Positions 1 to 8,323 are shown, counted from the stretch's first letter. The stretch is 14,675 nucleotides of DNA from Acidobacteriota bacterium (GCA_018894615.1 JAHIPL010000147.1:1-14675); one strand, 5' to 3'. Notes: a model not told the origin generated them from the sequence alone. Translations and numbers: made by a program.

Positions 1-570
1 ATGCTTCCCCGTTCGACGGACCGACGCAATATCAGAGAACGGAACCAAGGCCGGACATCAGGACGGAGCCAGGAAATCCAGAGGCTCATCGGCCGGGCGC
101 TGCGGACCGTTGTCGACATGAATCTGCTGGGAGAGAGAACCATCATCATCGACTGCGACGTCATTCAAGCTGATGGAGGAACACGGACGGCCTCCATCAA
201 CGGAGCCTGCATCGCTCTGGCCCTTGCGCTGCAGCAAATGATGAACAAAGGGATCATCGACACCATGCCTCTCACCAATCTGATCGCCGCCGTCAGTGTG
301 GGAATCGTGGATGGGCGCCCCCTTCTCGATCTTGACTACAGTGAAGATTCCCAGGCCGAAACCGACATGAACGTGGTCATGACCGACACCGGGCGATTCA
401 TCGAAATTCAGGCTTCGGCCGAAAAAAGCCCCCTTTCCAAAGAAAAATTCAATGAACTCCTGGCCCTGTCAGAGGAGGGGCTGGAAAAAATCATAGAATA
501 CGAAAAAAGTGTCCTGAAAAACGAAAGCATGCTCTTCATGGCCTATGGGAACAACAGGGGGAGCGAATGA
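1..570 (+). CDS. rph: Ribonuclease PH, C-terminal ~189 aa. The 5' end lies outside the window; the M at position 1 is an internal Met.
   Basis: The translation aligns closely with RNase PH family sequence: LPRST..RxxxExxxGRTxEIQRLIxRxLRxVVD, [26 protein letters not shown], AAVSVGIV, [19 protein letters not shown]. The ORF runs from the window edge to TGA at 568-570. Confidence 0.85.
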   Translation: MLPRSTDRRNIRERNQGRTSGRSQEIQRLIGRALRTVVDMNLLGERTIIIDCDVIQADGGTRTASINGACIALALALQQMMNKGIIDTMPLTNLIAAVSVGIVDGRPLLDLDYSEDSQAETDMNVVMTDTGRFIEIQASAEKSPLSKEKFNELLALSEEGLEKIIEYEKSVLKNESMLFMAYGNNRGSE

Positions 571-1508
571 ACCATATTCTTGTGTCGGGAGGCGCCGGAT
601 TTCTCGGACATCATCTCTGCGGGGTCCTTCTGAAGAACGGATCGGATGTCATCTGTGTCGATAATTTTATTTCGGGACGGAAGGACAATATCCGTGATTT
701 TTTCTGCCACCCCTATTTTGAATTGATTCGCCACGACATCATCTCCCCTCTTTTTGTGGAAGTTAAAAGAATCTATCACCTCGCCTGCCCGGCTTCCCCC
801 ATCCATTATCAGGTCAACGCCATCAAAACCATCAAAACCAATGTCCTGGGAACCATCCACATGCTGGGACTCGCCAAAAGAACCAACGCCCGCATTCTGC
901 TGGCCTCCACTTCCGAAATTTACGGCACGCCTGAAGTGCATCCGCAAAGCGAATCATACCTCGGCAACGTAAATCCCATCGGCCTTCGAAGCTGCTACGA
1001 TGAGGGAAAACGGGTTGCGGAAACACTGATGATGGACTACCACCGGCAGAATAACACCGATATTCGCATTGTCAGGATCTTCAACACATACGGCCCCGGA
1101 ATGGCAGTCGAGGACGGACGCGTCGTGAGCAATTTTATCGTCCAGGCTCTCAAGGGGCATCCCCTCACCATCTACGGCGATGGAACCCAAACCCGTTCCT
1201 TCTGCTTCGTTTCCGATATGATCCGCGGTCTGATCGCTATGATGGATACGGAAGATTTCATCGGACCCGTCAACCTCGGCAATCCTGAAGAGTGCTCCAT
1301 CCTTGAGCTGGCCGAAACGGTTATCCGCATGACCGGAAGTCGATCGAAACTGATCTTCCATCCGCTCCCTGAGGATGATCCCATCCGCCGCTGTCCCGAC
1401 ATCTCTCTGGCCCGGGAAAAGCTGAACTGGGCGCCGTCAATTCCGTTGGAAGAAGGGCTAAAACGGACCATCGACTACTTCCGGAAACAAATCGGCCTGG
1501 GAGGCTGA
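567..1508 (+). CDS. UDP-glucuronate decarboxylase / UDP-xylose synthase (NAD-dependent SDR epimerase-dehydratase family).
   Basis: The 313-aa product has an N-terminal Rossmann motif ([12 protein letters not shown]) and the catalytic YxxxK (CYDEGKR). It is collinear with the UXS family along its length: VDNFxxGRKxN, [12 protein letters not shown], NPIxTxKTNVxGT, [10 protein letters not shown], HPQxExYxGxVNPIGxRxCYDEGKR, [17 protein letters not shown], QTRSFCxVSD. Its ATG at 567 overlaps the rph stop in the sequence ATGA, which suggests translational coupling. Confidence 0.85.
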   Translation: MNHILVSGGAGFLGHHLCGVLLKNGSDVICVDNFISGRKDNIRDFFCHPYFELIRHDIISPLFVEVKRIYHLACPASPIHYQVNAIKTIKTNVLGTIHMLGLAKRTNARILLASTSEIYGTPEVHPQSESYLGNVNPIGLRSCYDEGKRVAETLMMDYHRQNNTDIRIVRIFNTYGPGMAVEDGRVVSNFIVQALKGHPLTIYGDGTQTRSFCFVSDMIRGLIAMMDTEDFIGPVNLGNPEECSILELAETVIRMTGSRSKLIFHPLPEDDPIRRCPDISLAREKLNWAPSIPLEEGLKRTIDYFRKQIGLGG

Positions 1509-1609
1509 ATCCTCAATCATTCATCAGCAGCCCGCCCGACAACCAAATGCCACCCAAGAAAATTTCATTTTTTTGGACAAACAGAAAAATGATGCCGTCA
1601 TGTAAATCC

Positions 1610-1638
1610 TTGAATTTTCCCTGATTTAGGGTTACCAT
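1610..1638 (+). promoter_or_regulatory. Candidate sigma70-type promoter for the flotillin/aminotransferase transcription unit: TTGAAT, 17 bp, TACCAT.
   Basis: This is the only reasonable -35/-10 pair with 17-bp spacing in the 211-bp AT-rich gap between UXS and flotillin. The -10 element matches the consensus at only 4 of 6 positions. Found by eye; weak. Confidence 0.2.
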
Positions 1639-1719
1639 TAACAAACCATCTCAGAGAAGGGCACAAAAAAGGATCGAATCATAAATTAATTTAAACCAGC
1701 ATGTCCCAAGGAGGTTACG

Positions 1720-3126
1720 ATGTCTCTGGTCACCCTCTTTATTGTTTTCGGTATCATAGCCGGCGTAATAACCCTTTTTATCCTGTTCATCGCCAAACAG
1801 TACAGAAAAGTCGGCCCCAACGAAGTCCTGATCATTTCGGGGGGAAGAAAGAAAAGCGTCTCCCTTCCGGACGGGACCAAGCAGAAAATAGGGTTCCGCT
1901 TCCGTCTCGGAGGAGGAACATTTGTGTGGCCGTTCATCGAGACCGTCGATGTGCTTCCGCACGACATCATCAACATCGACATCAAAACGCCCGAGGTCAT
2001 CACTAAAAACGGCATTCACATTCTGGCCGAAGCCACGGCGCAGGTTAAAGTCGGATCGAGCGCCGACTCCATTATTCTCGCCGCCGAGCAGTTCCTCGGA
2101 GGCGGCAGGGATGGGATCCGCGGCGTCGCCGGCAATATCCTCGACGGCAAGGTCCGGGCCGTTCTCGGTACGCTGACCGTGGAGGAGATTTATACCGGAC
2201 GCCAGGAATTCGCCGACATGGTCATCGGGGTCATCGAAAAAGATTTTTCGAAGATGGGATTGACGCTTTTGTCATTCGCTCTTAAGGAAATCAGCGATAC
2301 GTCGGGATATCTGGAATCGCTGGGAAAACCACAGATCGCCGCCGCTAAGAGGGACGCCCAAATCGCAGAAGCTGAAACGGAAAAGGAAGCCATCATCAAA
2401 ACCTCCCAGGCCCGCAAGGAATCAGAAGTCGCCCGCCTCCAGTCCGAAGCTCAGATCGCCAAAGCCCAGTGGGAAAACGAAGGCAAGAAGGCTCAGTCAC
2501 AGGTCGAAGTGAACAGACAGAAAGCGCAGGCCGATTTTGCCTATGAACTGGAGCGCATCCGCCTCTCTAAAGACATTAAAAAACAACAGGCCCAGGTGAG
2601 CCAGATCGAAAAGGAAGAAGCCATCAAGCTCGAGGAACTGGAAATCTCCCGGAAACAGAAGGAGCTGGAATCCCATGTGATCAAACCGGCGGAAGCCAGA
2701 AAATTCCAGATCCAAGCGGAAGCCGACGCGGAGGGCTACCGGATCGAAGCGGAAGCCAGAGGAAAATCGGAAGCCCTCAAGATGGAAGCTGTGGCCGAGG
2801 CGGAAAAAATCCGGCAGAAAGGATTGGCCGAATCCGAAACCATGCTCCTGAAGGCCGGCGCGTGGGATAAATACAACGAGGCCGCCATCATGGAGCTTTA
2901 TCTGTCCATTCTTCCTGAGTTGGCCAGGGCCGTATCCGAACCCCTCAGCAAGGTGGATAAAATTGTCCTCATCGGCGGCGAGAAAGGAACCGGCGCCACC
3001 AAACTCACTTCCCAGGTCGCCGAGATTCTGGCGCAGATGCCGGATGTCGTCGAGTCCCTGACGGGGGTGGATCTGAAAAAGTATTTCAAGAACAAACTCA
3101 ATCCCGAAGAGAAAAAAGACTCCTGA
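1720..3126 (+). CDS. Flotillin-family SPFH/band-7 membrane scaffold protein (468 aa).
   Basis: A strong RBS AAGGAGG lies at 1708-1714, 5 nt before the ATG. There is an N-terminal TM helix ([23 protein letters not shown]), an SPFH core ([13 protein letters not shown]...VDVLPHDI...), then a long Ala/Glu/Gln/Lys coiled-coil ([12 protein letters not shown]..., EA-repeats) and a C-terminal region typical of bacterial flotillins. Confidence 0.85.
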   Translation: MSLVTLFIVFGIIAGVITLFILFIAKQYRKVGPNEVLIISGGRKKSVSLPDGTKQKIGFRFRLGGGTFVWPFIETVDVLPHDIINIDIKTPEVITKNGIHILAEATAQVKVGSSADSIILAAEQFLGGGRDGIRGVAGNILDGKVRAVLGTLTVEEIYTGRQEFADMVIGVIEKDFSKMGLTLLSFALKEISDTSGYLESLGKPQIAAAKRDAQIAEAETEKEAIIKTSQARKESEVARLQSEAQIAKAQWENEGKKAQSQVEVNRQKAQADFAYELERIRLSKDIKKQQAQVSQIEKEEAIKLEELEISRKQKELESHVIKPAEARKFQIQAEADAEGYRIEAEARGKSEALKMEAVAEAEKIRQKGLAESETMLLKAGAWDKYNEAAIMELYLSILPELARAVSEPLSKVDKIVLIGGEKGTGATKLTSQVAEILAQMPDVVESLTGVDLKKYFKNKLNPEEKKDS

Positions 3127-3146
3127 TCTCCCTCAGAGAAAAACCA

Positions 3147-5489
3147 ATGATGGTATCGAATAAAGCCAATCAAATCGGGGAATCCCCAACCTTCAAGGTC
3201 ACAGCAAAAGCCAAAGCCATGAAGGCCGAAGGCATCGATGTTATCGATCTGAGCGTCGGTGAACCGGATTTCCCTACCCCGGAGAATATCAAGGAGGCGG
3301 GAATCAAAGCCATTCGGGATAATTTCACGAAATACACGCCCATCGGCGGTATTCCCGCTCTGAAGAAGGCTGTAGCCGGCCGGTTGAAGGAAGACTGCGG
3401 TCTGGACTACAAACCCAGTGAGATCATCATCTCTTCCGGCGCCAAAAGCTCCCTTTATCATCTCATTCAGGCCCTCATCAATCCCGGAGATGAAGTCATC
3501 ATCCCGTCTCCCTATTGGGTCACCTATCCGCACTCCGTCAATCTGGCCGAAGGAAAACCGGTGATCGTCCAGACCAAGGAAGAAAACGGATTTCTTCTGA
3601 CGCCCGAACAGCTCAAAGCCTCCATCACCCCCTCCACCAAGGCCCTTCTTCTCAACAACCCCTCCAACCCGACCGGCGCCGCATACACCCGGCAGCAATT
3701 GGAGGCCCTGGCGGAAATCATCCTGGATGAGGACATCACCGTCATCGCGGATGAAATATACGAAAAGCTGGTTTATGACGATTTTAAGTTTGCGAGCTTT
3801 GCCTCTCTCGGTGAAGAGATCAAGAAAAAAACAGCCGTCATCAACGGCGTGTCCAAGGCCTATGCCATGACGGGATGGAGGATCGGCTACACGGCGGCTC
3901 CGGAAGAAATCATCAACGCCATGGACCGCATTCAGGGCCACACGACATCCAATGCCAACACCATCGCCCAGATGGCCAGCCTGGAAGCGCTGAACGGGCC
4001 CCAGTATGAAATATCTCGCATGGTGGCCGAATTTCAGCGGCGCCGGAATTACATGCAGATGCGGCTTCAGTCCATCCCCGACGTTTCCTGCTACAAGTCC
4101 CAGGGTGCGTTTTACCTCTTCCCCAATTTCTCTGCCTACTACAACAAGGAATTCAATGGACATCCCATTCGGAACTCCTACGGCCTGGCCTATTTCCTGC
4201 TCATGGAAGCCAACGTGGCCATTGTTTCGGGAGAGGCTTTCGGAAACGACAACTATCTCCGTTTCTCCTATGCCAACTCCATGGAAAATCTGGAAAAGGG
4301 GATAGACAGGATCGCGGCCTCCCTTTCCCGGCTCAAAACGGCCAGGAAAGTCAAACGGATCGCCCTCAACAATGCCGTCACCCGGGTAACCGGTTCCGTC
4401 CCGGTGGAATCCACGCTCTCCCTTCAGATGCGGGATGCCCTTGTCGCGGAGATGGAATCGTCCCTTTCCTACGCAAACTATTTCGAGTGGAATGCCAATA
4501 TAAACGGAGTCATTATCCAGCTCCGGACAAACGTCCCCCATCTCAATGACTTCTGGGTTGAAAACTGGTACCCGGCCCAGCTGGAAGCCGATCTGGAGCC
4601 CCACGGCATCATTTACGCCGTCGACGGCATTCCGGGAAGAGAGCCCCGGGTTTTTTACAGCCGGGAGTCGCAGACGGGGATTCTCGTCAATACGGACAAT
4701 TACGGACCGCTCCGCAGCCTCGCCATCGGTCTTGTTTCCGATATTTCATCCCGGCTTTTTCAAGTGAACACGGTCAGAGGCATGTCGGGCGATATCGACG
4801 GTTTGGGATTCATCCTGATCGGGCCCAAGGGATCCAAAAAGACAGAGCTGTTTTTTACACTGCTGGAAAAAGAGGCGATCCGGCTGCACGCCAATGATGT
4901 GGTGTTCGTCCGTTTTTCAGGGAACGTGCCGATGGCCGATTCCGCGGAGCGCAAACTCTTTGTGCCCACACAGGCCGTGGCTGCGTATTCACCCCTGGCG
5001 CCCCTTTTTGACGGATGCAAATGTGAAAATGTCGTTCTTCGTAAAGAAGAGTGCCGGAACGAGACATGTCTGGCGACGGATGACTGCCGCCTGGACCGCG
5101 GTTCGTCCTTTTGCTATGACGCCTCCAAAAAAGCCTACGCCATGCTGGATCCGTACTGGCTGGACGGCCCGGCCAAACACATTAAAAGAACAACGCTCAG
5201 CCGGATTTTCCTTCTTCGGAACGACAGGGTGTCCCCGCCTCTTGTGAAAGCGGAAACGGAAGACGCTCTTCGTATCCTGGAAACAGGCGAAAGCCTCGGC
5301 GCCCGAATAGAAATTTCAGATTCGGCACCGGCCGTTTTTTTTAATCCCCATCTCCTCGATCGTTCATCGGACAACATGGACGGACAGCGGCAGTTCTACC
5401 GCCGGCTTCTGAACAGCACTTCCTGTTACCTGTTCAACAGCGGCGCGGCCTCCGCCGAAGATCTTTTCCAAATCATCAGCGGGAAGTGA
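3147..5489 (+). CDS. Fusion protein (780 aa): class-I aspartate aminotransferase (PLP-dependent, subgroup Ib) joined to a C-terminal ~385-aa HprK/PEPCK-superfamily P-loop kinase-like domain with a Cys-rich insert.
   Basis: Residues 1-397 are a complete AspAT: GEPDFPTP, NPSNPTGAAY, the PLP-lysine motif SKAYAMTGWRIGY, and YLRFSYANSMENL near the usual C-terminus. The reading frame continues without a stop into a second domain, nt 4338-5489. This domain contains GLGFILIGPKGSKKTELFFTLLEKEAIRLHANDVV (nt 4821-4844 encode GPKGSKKT), which resembles the HPr kinase/phosphorylase Walker-A region (G.G.LI.G.SG.GKSE..LELI.RGH.L.ADD.V). A 6-Cys cluster, CxC-x9-C-x4-C-x5-C-x8-C, lies at nt 5016-5114. Confidence 0.75.
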   Translation: MMVSNKANQIGESPTFKVTAKAKAMKAEGIDVIDLSVGEPDFPTPENIKEAGIKAIRDNFTKYTPIGGIPALKKAVAGRLKEDCGLDYKPSEIIISSGAKSSLYHLIQALINPGDEVIIPSPYWVTYPHSVNLAEGKPVIVQTKEENGFLLTPEQLKASITPSTKALLLNNPSNPTGAAYTRQQLEALAEIILDEDITVIADEIYEKLVYDDFKFASFASLGEEIKKKTAVINGVSKAYAMTGWRIGYTAAPEEIINAMDRIQGHTTSNANTIAQMASLEALNGPQYEISRMVAEFQRRRNYMQMRLQSIPDVSCYKSQGAFYLFPNFSAYYNKEFNGHPIRNSYGLAYFLLMEANVAIVSGEAFGNDNYLRFSYANSMENLEKGIDRIAASLSRLKTARKVKRIALNNAVTRVTGSVPVESTLSLQMRDALVAEMESSLSYANYFEWNANINGVIIQLRTNVPHLNDFWVENWYPAQLEADLEPHGIIYAVDGIPGREPRVFYSRESQTGILVNTDNYGPLRSLAIGLVSDISSRLFQVNTVRGMSGDIDGLGFILIGPKGSKKTELFFTLLEKEAIRLHANDVVFVRFSGNVPMADSAERKLFVPTQAVAAYSPLAPLFDGCKCENVVLRKEECRNETCLATDDCRLDRGSSFCYDASKKAYAMLDPYWLDGPAKHIKRTTLSRIFLLRNDRVSPPLVKAETEDALRILETGESLGARIEISDSAPAVFFNPHLLDRSSDNMDGQRQFYRRLLNSTSCYLFNSGAASAEDLFQIISGK

Positions 5490-5656
5490 TCTTTTTTAAA
5501 CGATGAATGATTCAACGATTTACAATGAAGATGCCTATAATAAATTCGCCGATGAGTTCCACCGGGTCATTCACGGACCCAATATTCGCAAAGTCGACCT
5601 GAAATGGCTCGAGCCTAGAGCCAAATCAGCCGGAATTCGAACCAATTTCGGCTCTT

Positions 5657-6967
5657 ATGGATGGCGATCGGCCATCTCCAGCCGCATCGCCCCAAAGACC
5701 GTCTATCTCGGCAGTTCCAAGGTCCGGCTTCCCCATCCGGCAGCAGGTTCTGGCCATTCCGGAACACAACCTGAATGTCGCCCTCGGCACGGATTACATG
5801 GGGGAAGATAAAAAGGGGTTTCTCCGCCAGGCCATGTGGACGGCGGACAGACTGGGCATGCTCGGGCTTCACGCCGGCACCAAAATCGTCACCGTGCGGG
5901 ATTCCGCCGACAAACTCAAAACCTACGGCGTTTTTATGTTCGGATTGACCGCCACCGGCAAGTCCACCTGGTCCTGCCATCAGCTCGGACTGGATCACAA
6001 AAAAGGGGAAAAAACATTTGTGACACAGGACGACATCGTTTTTCTTCAGAATGACGGTTCCGCCCTTGGGTCCGAGAATAATTTTTTCGTCAAAACGGAT
6101 GTGGAGAAGGAATACCAGGAAGCCATGTACAACGCTCTGATCGACAGGAGCGCCTATTACGAAAACGTCATGATCAAAGCCGACGGAAACGTGGATTTTC
6201 TGGACGAAAGCCTGACCGCCAACGGACGGTCCGTTCTGCAGCGTAAAAAACTGATCGTTGAACTCGGCGGGAAAAAAATCCCCATCTACACAAAATCCAT
6301 CGACCTTCCCTCTCTGGACGAGCTGGACGGCCTGATTTTTGCCTTTATCACGCGGCGAAACACCATGATGAGCTTCGCCCAGGAGCTCTCCCCCGAACAG
6401 GCCGTCCTGGCTTACCTGTGGGGAGAAAGCACCCACAGTTTCGCCAGCCAGCCCGCCAAGGCCGGGGAGTCCGTCAGGATCGTGGGGACCGACCCCTTTA
6501 TCATCGGGTCCCGCGCATCCAAGGTCAACCGTTTCTACGAAATCATCATGTCCCTCGTCAGCCGCTATCCCGGTAAAGTGAAATTCATGCAGTACAACAC
6601 CGGAGGCATGGGCGAGATCATCGAGACGAACGAAGCCGGCGGAACGTTGAACAAACAGCTCATCCGCAAGGTCAAACGGGTTCCCATTCAGCTCATGGCC
6701 CAAATTCAGAGGGGAGACCTTCGGGGAAGCAACACCTATGAAAAGAGCCTCCTGGGGACGAAGGAGATCGTTAAGGCCGAAGGACGGTCTCTGGACGAGT
6801 GGAATATTCGTCAGTTTTACAGCCGGGACAGGATCGATTTGTACATCAGGGAACTCGTCGAGGGACGACGGGCCTTCACGGAAGGCGGCCCGGAGGAGGA
6901 ACTCCCTTCGATCGAGTGGGAGACCAAAAACCGGCCGCGGCGCGGCGGTTTCACCCGTCTCAGGTAG
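5657..6967 (+). CDS. PEP carboxykinase (ATP)-like P-loop protein lacking most of the canonical N-terminal domain. The true start or frame in 5490-5810 is uncertain and the gene may be frameshifted.
   Basis: The product is collinear with the PckA C-terminal/nucleotide-binding core. Matches include GTDYMGEDKKG (PckA GGTWYGGEMKKG), LHAG (active-site His region), kinase-1a FGLTATGKST (PckA FGLSGTGKTTLS; nt 5942-5968), DDIVFL (PckA DDEHGW), TANGRS (PckA TENTRVS) and YNTGGMG (PckA NTGWNG adenine motif). Only about 45 aa precede the KK motif, versus about 200 aa in canonical PckA. The first ~20 codons after ATG 5657 are Pro/Ser-rich with no good RBS, and a 102-aa ORF in another frame (5503-5811) overlaps. 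Confidence 0.65.
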   Translation: MDGDRPSPAASPQRPSISAVPRSGFPIRQQVLAIPEHNLNVALGTDYMGEDKKGFLRQAMWTADRLGMLGLHAGTKIVTVRDSADKLKTYGVFMFGLTATGKSTWSCHQLGLDHKKGEKTFVTQDDIVFLQNDGSALGSENNFFVKTDVEKEYQEAMYNALIDRSAYYENVMIKADGNVDFLDESLTANGRSVLQRKKLIVELGGKKIPIYTKSIDLPSLDELDGLIFAFITRRNTMMSFAQELSPEQAVLAYLWGESTHSFASQPAKAGESVRIVGTDPFIIGSRASKVNRFYEIIMSLVSRYPGKVKFMQYNTGGMGEIIETNEAGGTLNKQLIRKVKRVPIQLMAQIQRGDLRGSNTYEKSLLGTKEIVKAEGRSLDEWNIRQFYSRDRIDLYIRELVEGRRAFTEGGPEEELPSIEWETKNRPRRGGFTRLR

Positions 6968-7547
6968 CCGCCCCTTTCAATTCCTTTGAGGCCAACCGCC
7001 GTTCGATGTCTTCCGCCATCAGATGAAGCAGAATCAGATGAATTTCCTGAATCCTGGCCGTGTCCGGGCTCGGAACAGCCAGGAGAACATCGACCGCTCC
7101 CCTTAACCGGCCACCGCCTTCGCCCGTCAGGGCAAGGGTATAAAGTCCTTTTTCACGAGCGGCTTGAAGCCCGCGAATCACATTGTCCGAACGGCCGCTG
7201 GTCGTGAGGCCGACAGCCACATCTCCGTTCCTTGCCAGGGCTCTAATCTGGCGGCTGAAAATGTCGGAAAAATCCCGATCATTGGAGATGGATGTGAGGA
7301 CCGAAGTGTCCGTGGACAGGGCCAGAGCGGGTAACGGTCTTCGGTCGACGCGGAATTGATTGACGATTTCCGCGGCAAAATGCTGGGACTGAGCGGCGCT
7401 GCCTCCATTTCCAAAAATATAAAGGGTGCTCCCCTGGTCCATTCGCCGGGAAATCTCCTCTAGGGCATCGGACAGAGCCCGTTCGTCCTCCCGCAGAAAA
7501 GCCCGGAAAACCGTATTCAGATTTTCAATGATGGATTCATACTTCAT
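6960..7547 (-). CDS. gmhA: D-sedoheptulose-7-phosphate isomerase (phosphoheptose isomerase, SIS domain).
   Basis: Near-collinear with GmhA: GNGGSAAxxQHFAAE, SNDxxFxDIFSRQ, GDVxxGxxTSGxSxNVI, AREKG, LTGxxGG, RIQEIH. ATG 7547 with the upstream RBS AAGGAA is preferred over the GTG at 7562 that the ORF track uses. The 3' end overlaps the PEPCK-like gene convergently by 8 bp. Confidence 0.85.
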   Translation of the reverse strand: MKYESIIENLNTVFRAFLREDERALSDALEEISRRMDQGSTLYIFGNGGSAAQSQHFAAEIVNQFRVDRRPLPALALSTDTSVLTSISNDRDFSDIFSRQIRALARNGDVAVGLTTSGRSDNVIRGLQAAREKGLYTLALTGEGGGRLRGAVDVLLAVPSPDTARIQEIHLILLHLMAEDIERRLASKELKGAAT

Positions 7548-8310
7548 GATCAGTTCCTTCACGGCGGCATTCCGTATTCAGACTTAAATCGTCCCTATTC
7601 ATCGATGATTCCAGAATATCCACTCCCTCCTGAATGACGGCCCGGGTTTTACTCATCAAGCCGTCCATCGACTCGACAATGATGCCGTTCAGTGAAATGG
7701 CCGGATGAAATTTCACTCGAACGACACCCCTTCTGATCCAGAAGCTCCCCTTGGGCATCAAATCAAAGGAGCCCGTCATGGAGATGGGGAGAATAGAGAC
7801 ACCGCTGTTTATCGCCAGAAAAAATCCGCCCCGCCGGAAGGGTCCCATTTTCCCATCGAGGCTTCGCGTGCCCTCCGGAAAAATCAAAAAGGAATAATTC
7901 CGGATTTTCATCAGCTCGGTGGCGCGTTCGATGCTCTTTTTCCCGGTGTTGATCCCCTTTCTGTCCACAGAAACAAATCCGGCAAAACGCATGGCCGGCC
8001 CGATGATCGGAATCCGGCTGACGGGCTTTTTCATGATAACCCGGACAACGTGCGGGATGACCTGGAAAACAAGCGGGCCGTCCATAAAACTGAGATGGTT
8101 GCACATGAAAACATACTTTTTCTTTTTATCCACCCATTCCTTCCCCGAAACGTCCATCCGGATTCCGACAATTTTGAAGAGAATCCAGAGCGCCCCTCTG
8201 GCCACAACAAACAACGGCGTACGAAGCCTCAGAAGAAAACAGACCAGGAGAAATGGGATAAGAAGAAGGATAAACAGAAAACAGACAGGGACAAGCAGGA
8301 GTGTTCTCAT
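7537..8310 (-). CDS. 1-acyl-sn-glycerol-3-phosphate acyltransferase family protein (PlsC-like lysophospholipid acyltransferase) with an N-terminal membrane anchor.
   Basis: The acyltransferase HxxxxD motif (CNHLSFMDG) and the FPEGTRS motif are both present. The N-terminus is hydrophobic. It overlaps gmhA by 11 bp on the same strand, implying an operon. Confidence 0.8.
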   Translation of the reverse strand: MRTLLLVPVCFLFILLLIPFLLVCFLLRLRTPLFVVARGALWILFKIVGIRMDVSGKEWVDKKKKYVFMCNHLSFMDGPLVFQVIPHVVRVIMKKPVSRIPIIGPAMRFAGFVSVDRKGINTGKKSIERATELMKIRNYSFLIFPEGTRSLDGKMGPFRRGGFFLAINSGVSILPISMTGSFDLMPKGSFWIRRGVVRVKFHPAISLNGIIVESMDGLMSKTRAVIQEGVDILESSMNRDDLSLNTECRREGTDHEV

Positions 8311-8323
8311 GGCAGCCGCCCGA

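Noticed and set aside
543-1361. Minus-strand ORFs 543-947 and 954-1361 antisense to rph/UXS.
   Set aside because: No recognisable features; they lie fully inside well-supported plus-strand genes.
2898-4604. 568-aa minus-strand ORF antisense to the aminotransferase gene.
   Set aside because: Its translation is low-complexity and Gly/Arg/Asp-rich (GGGGDGG runs) with no recognisable domain. The plus-strand frame has unambiguous AspAT homology. This is a typical antisense ORF from biased codon usage.
4635-4670. GIPGREPRVFYSRE in the fusion C-domain resembling the PckA substrate loop TGRSPKDKFVVRE.
   Set aside because: Not adopted as a domain call. The motif sits only ~50 aa before the P-loop, whereas in PckA it is ~180 aa before, so the architecture does not match the PckA N-domain. 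It is kept only as a hypothesis in the findings.
5615-6703. 362-aa minus-strand ORF antisense to the PEPCK-like gene.
   Set aside because: No motifs, Gly/Pro-rich composition, and the opposite strand carries clear PckA motifs.
7547-7562. GTG at 7562 as the gmhA start (ORF-track start).
   Set aside because: ATG 7547 is preceded by an AAGGAA RBS at the right spacing and gives a length (195 aa) matching GmhA. The GTG extension adds 5 residues with no SD.
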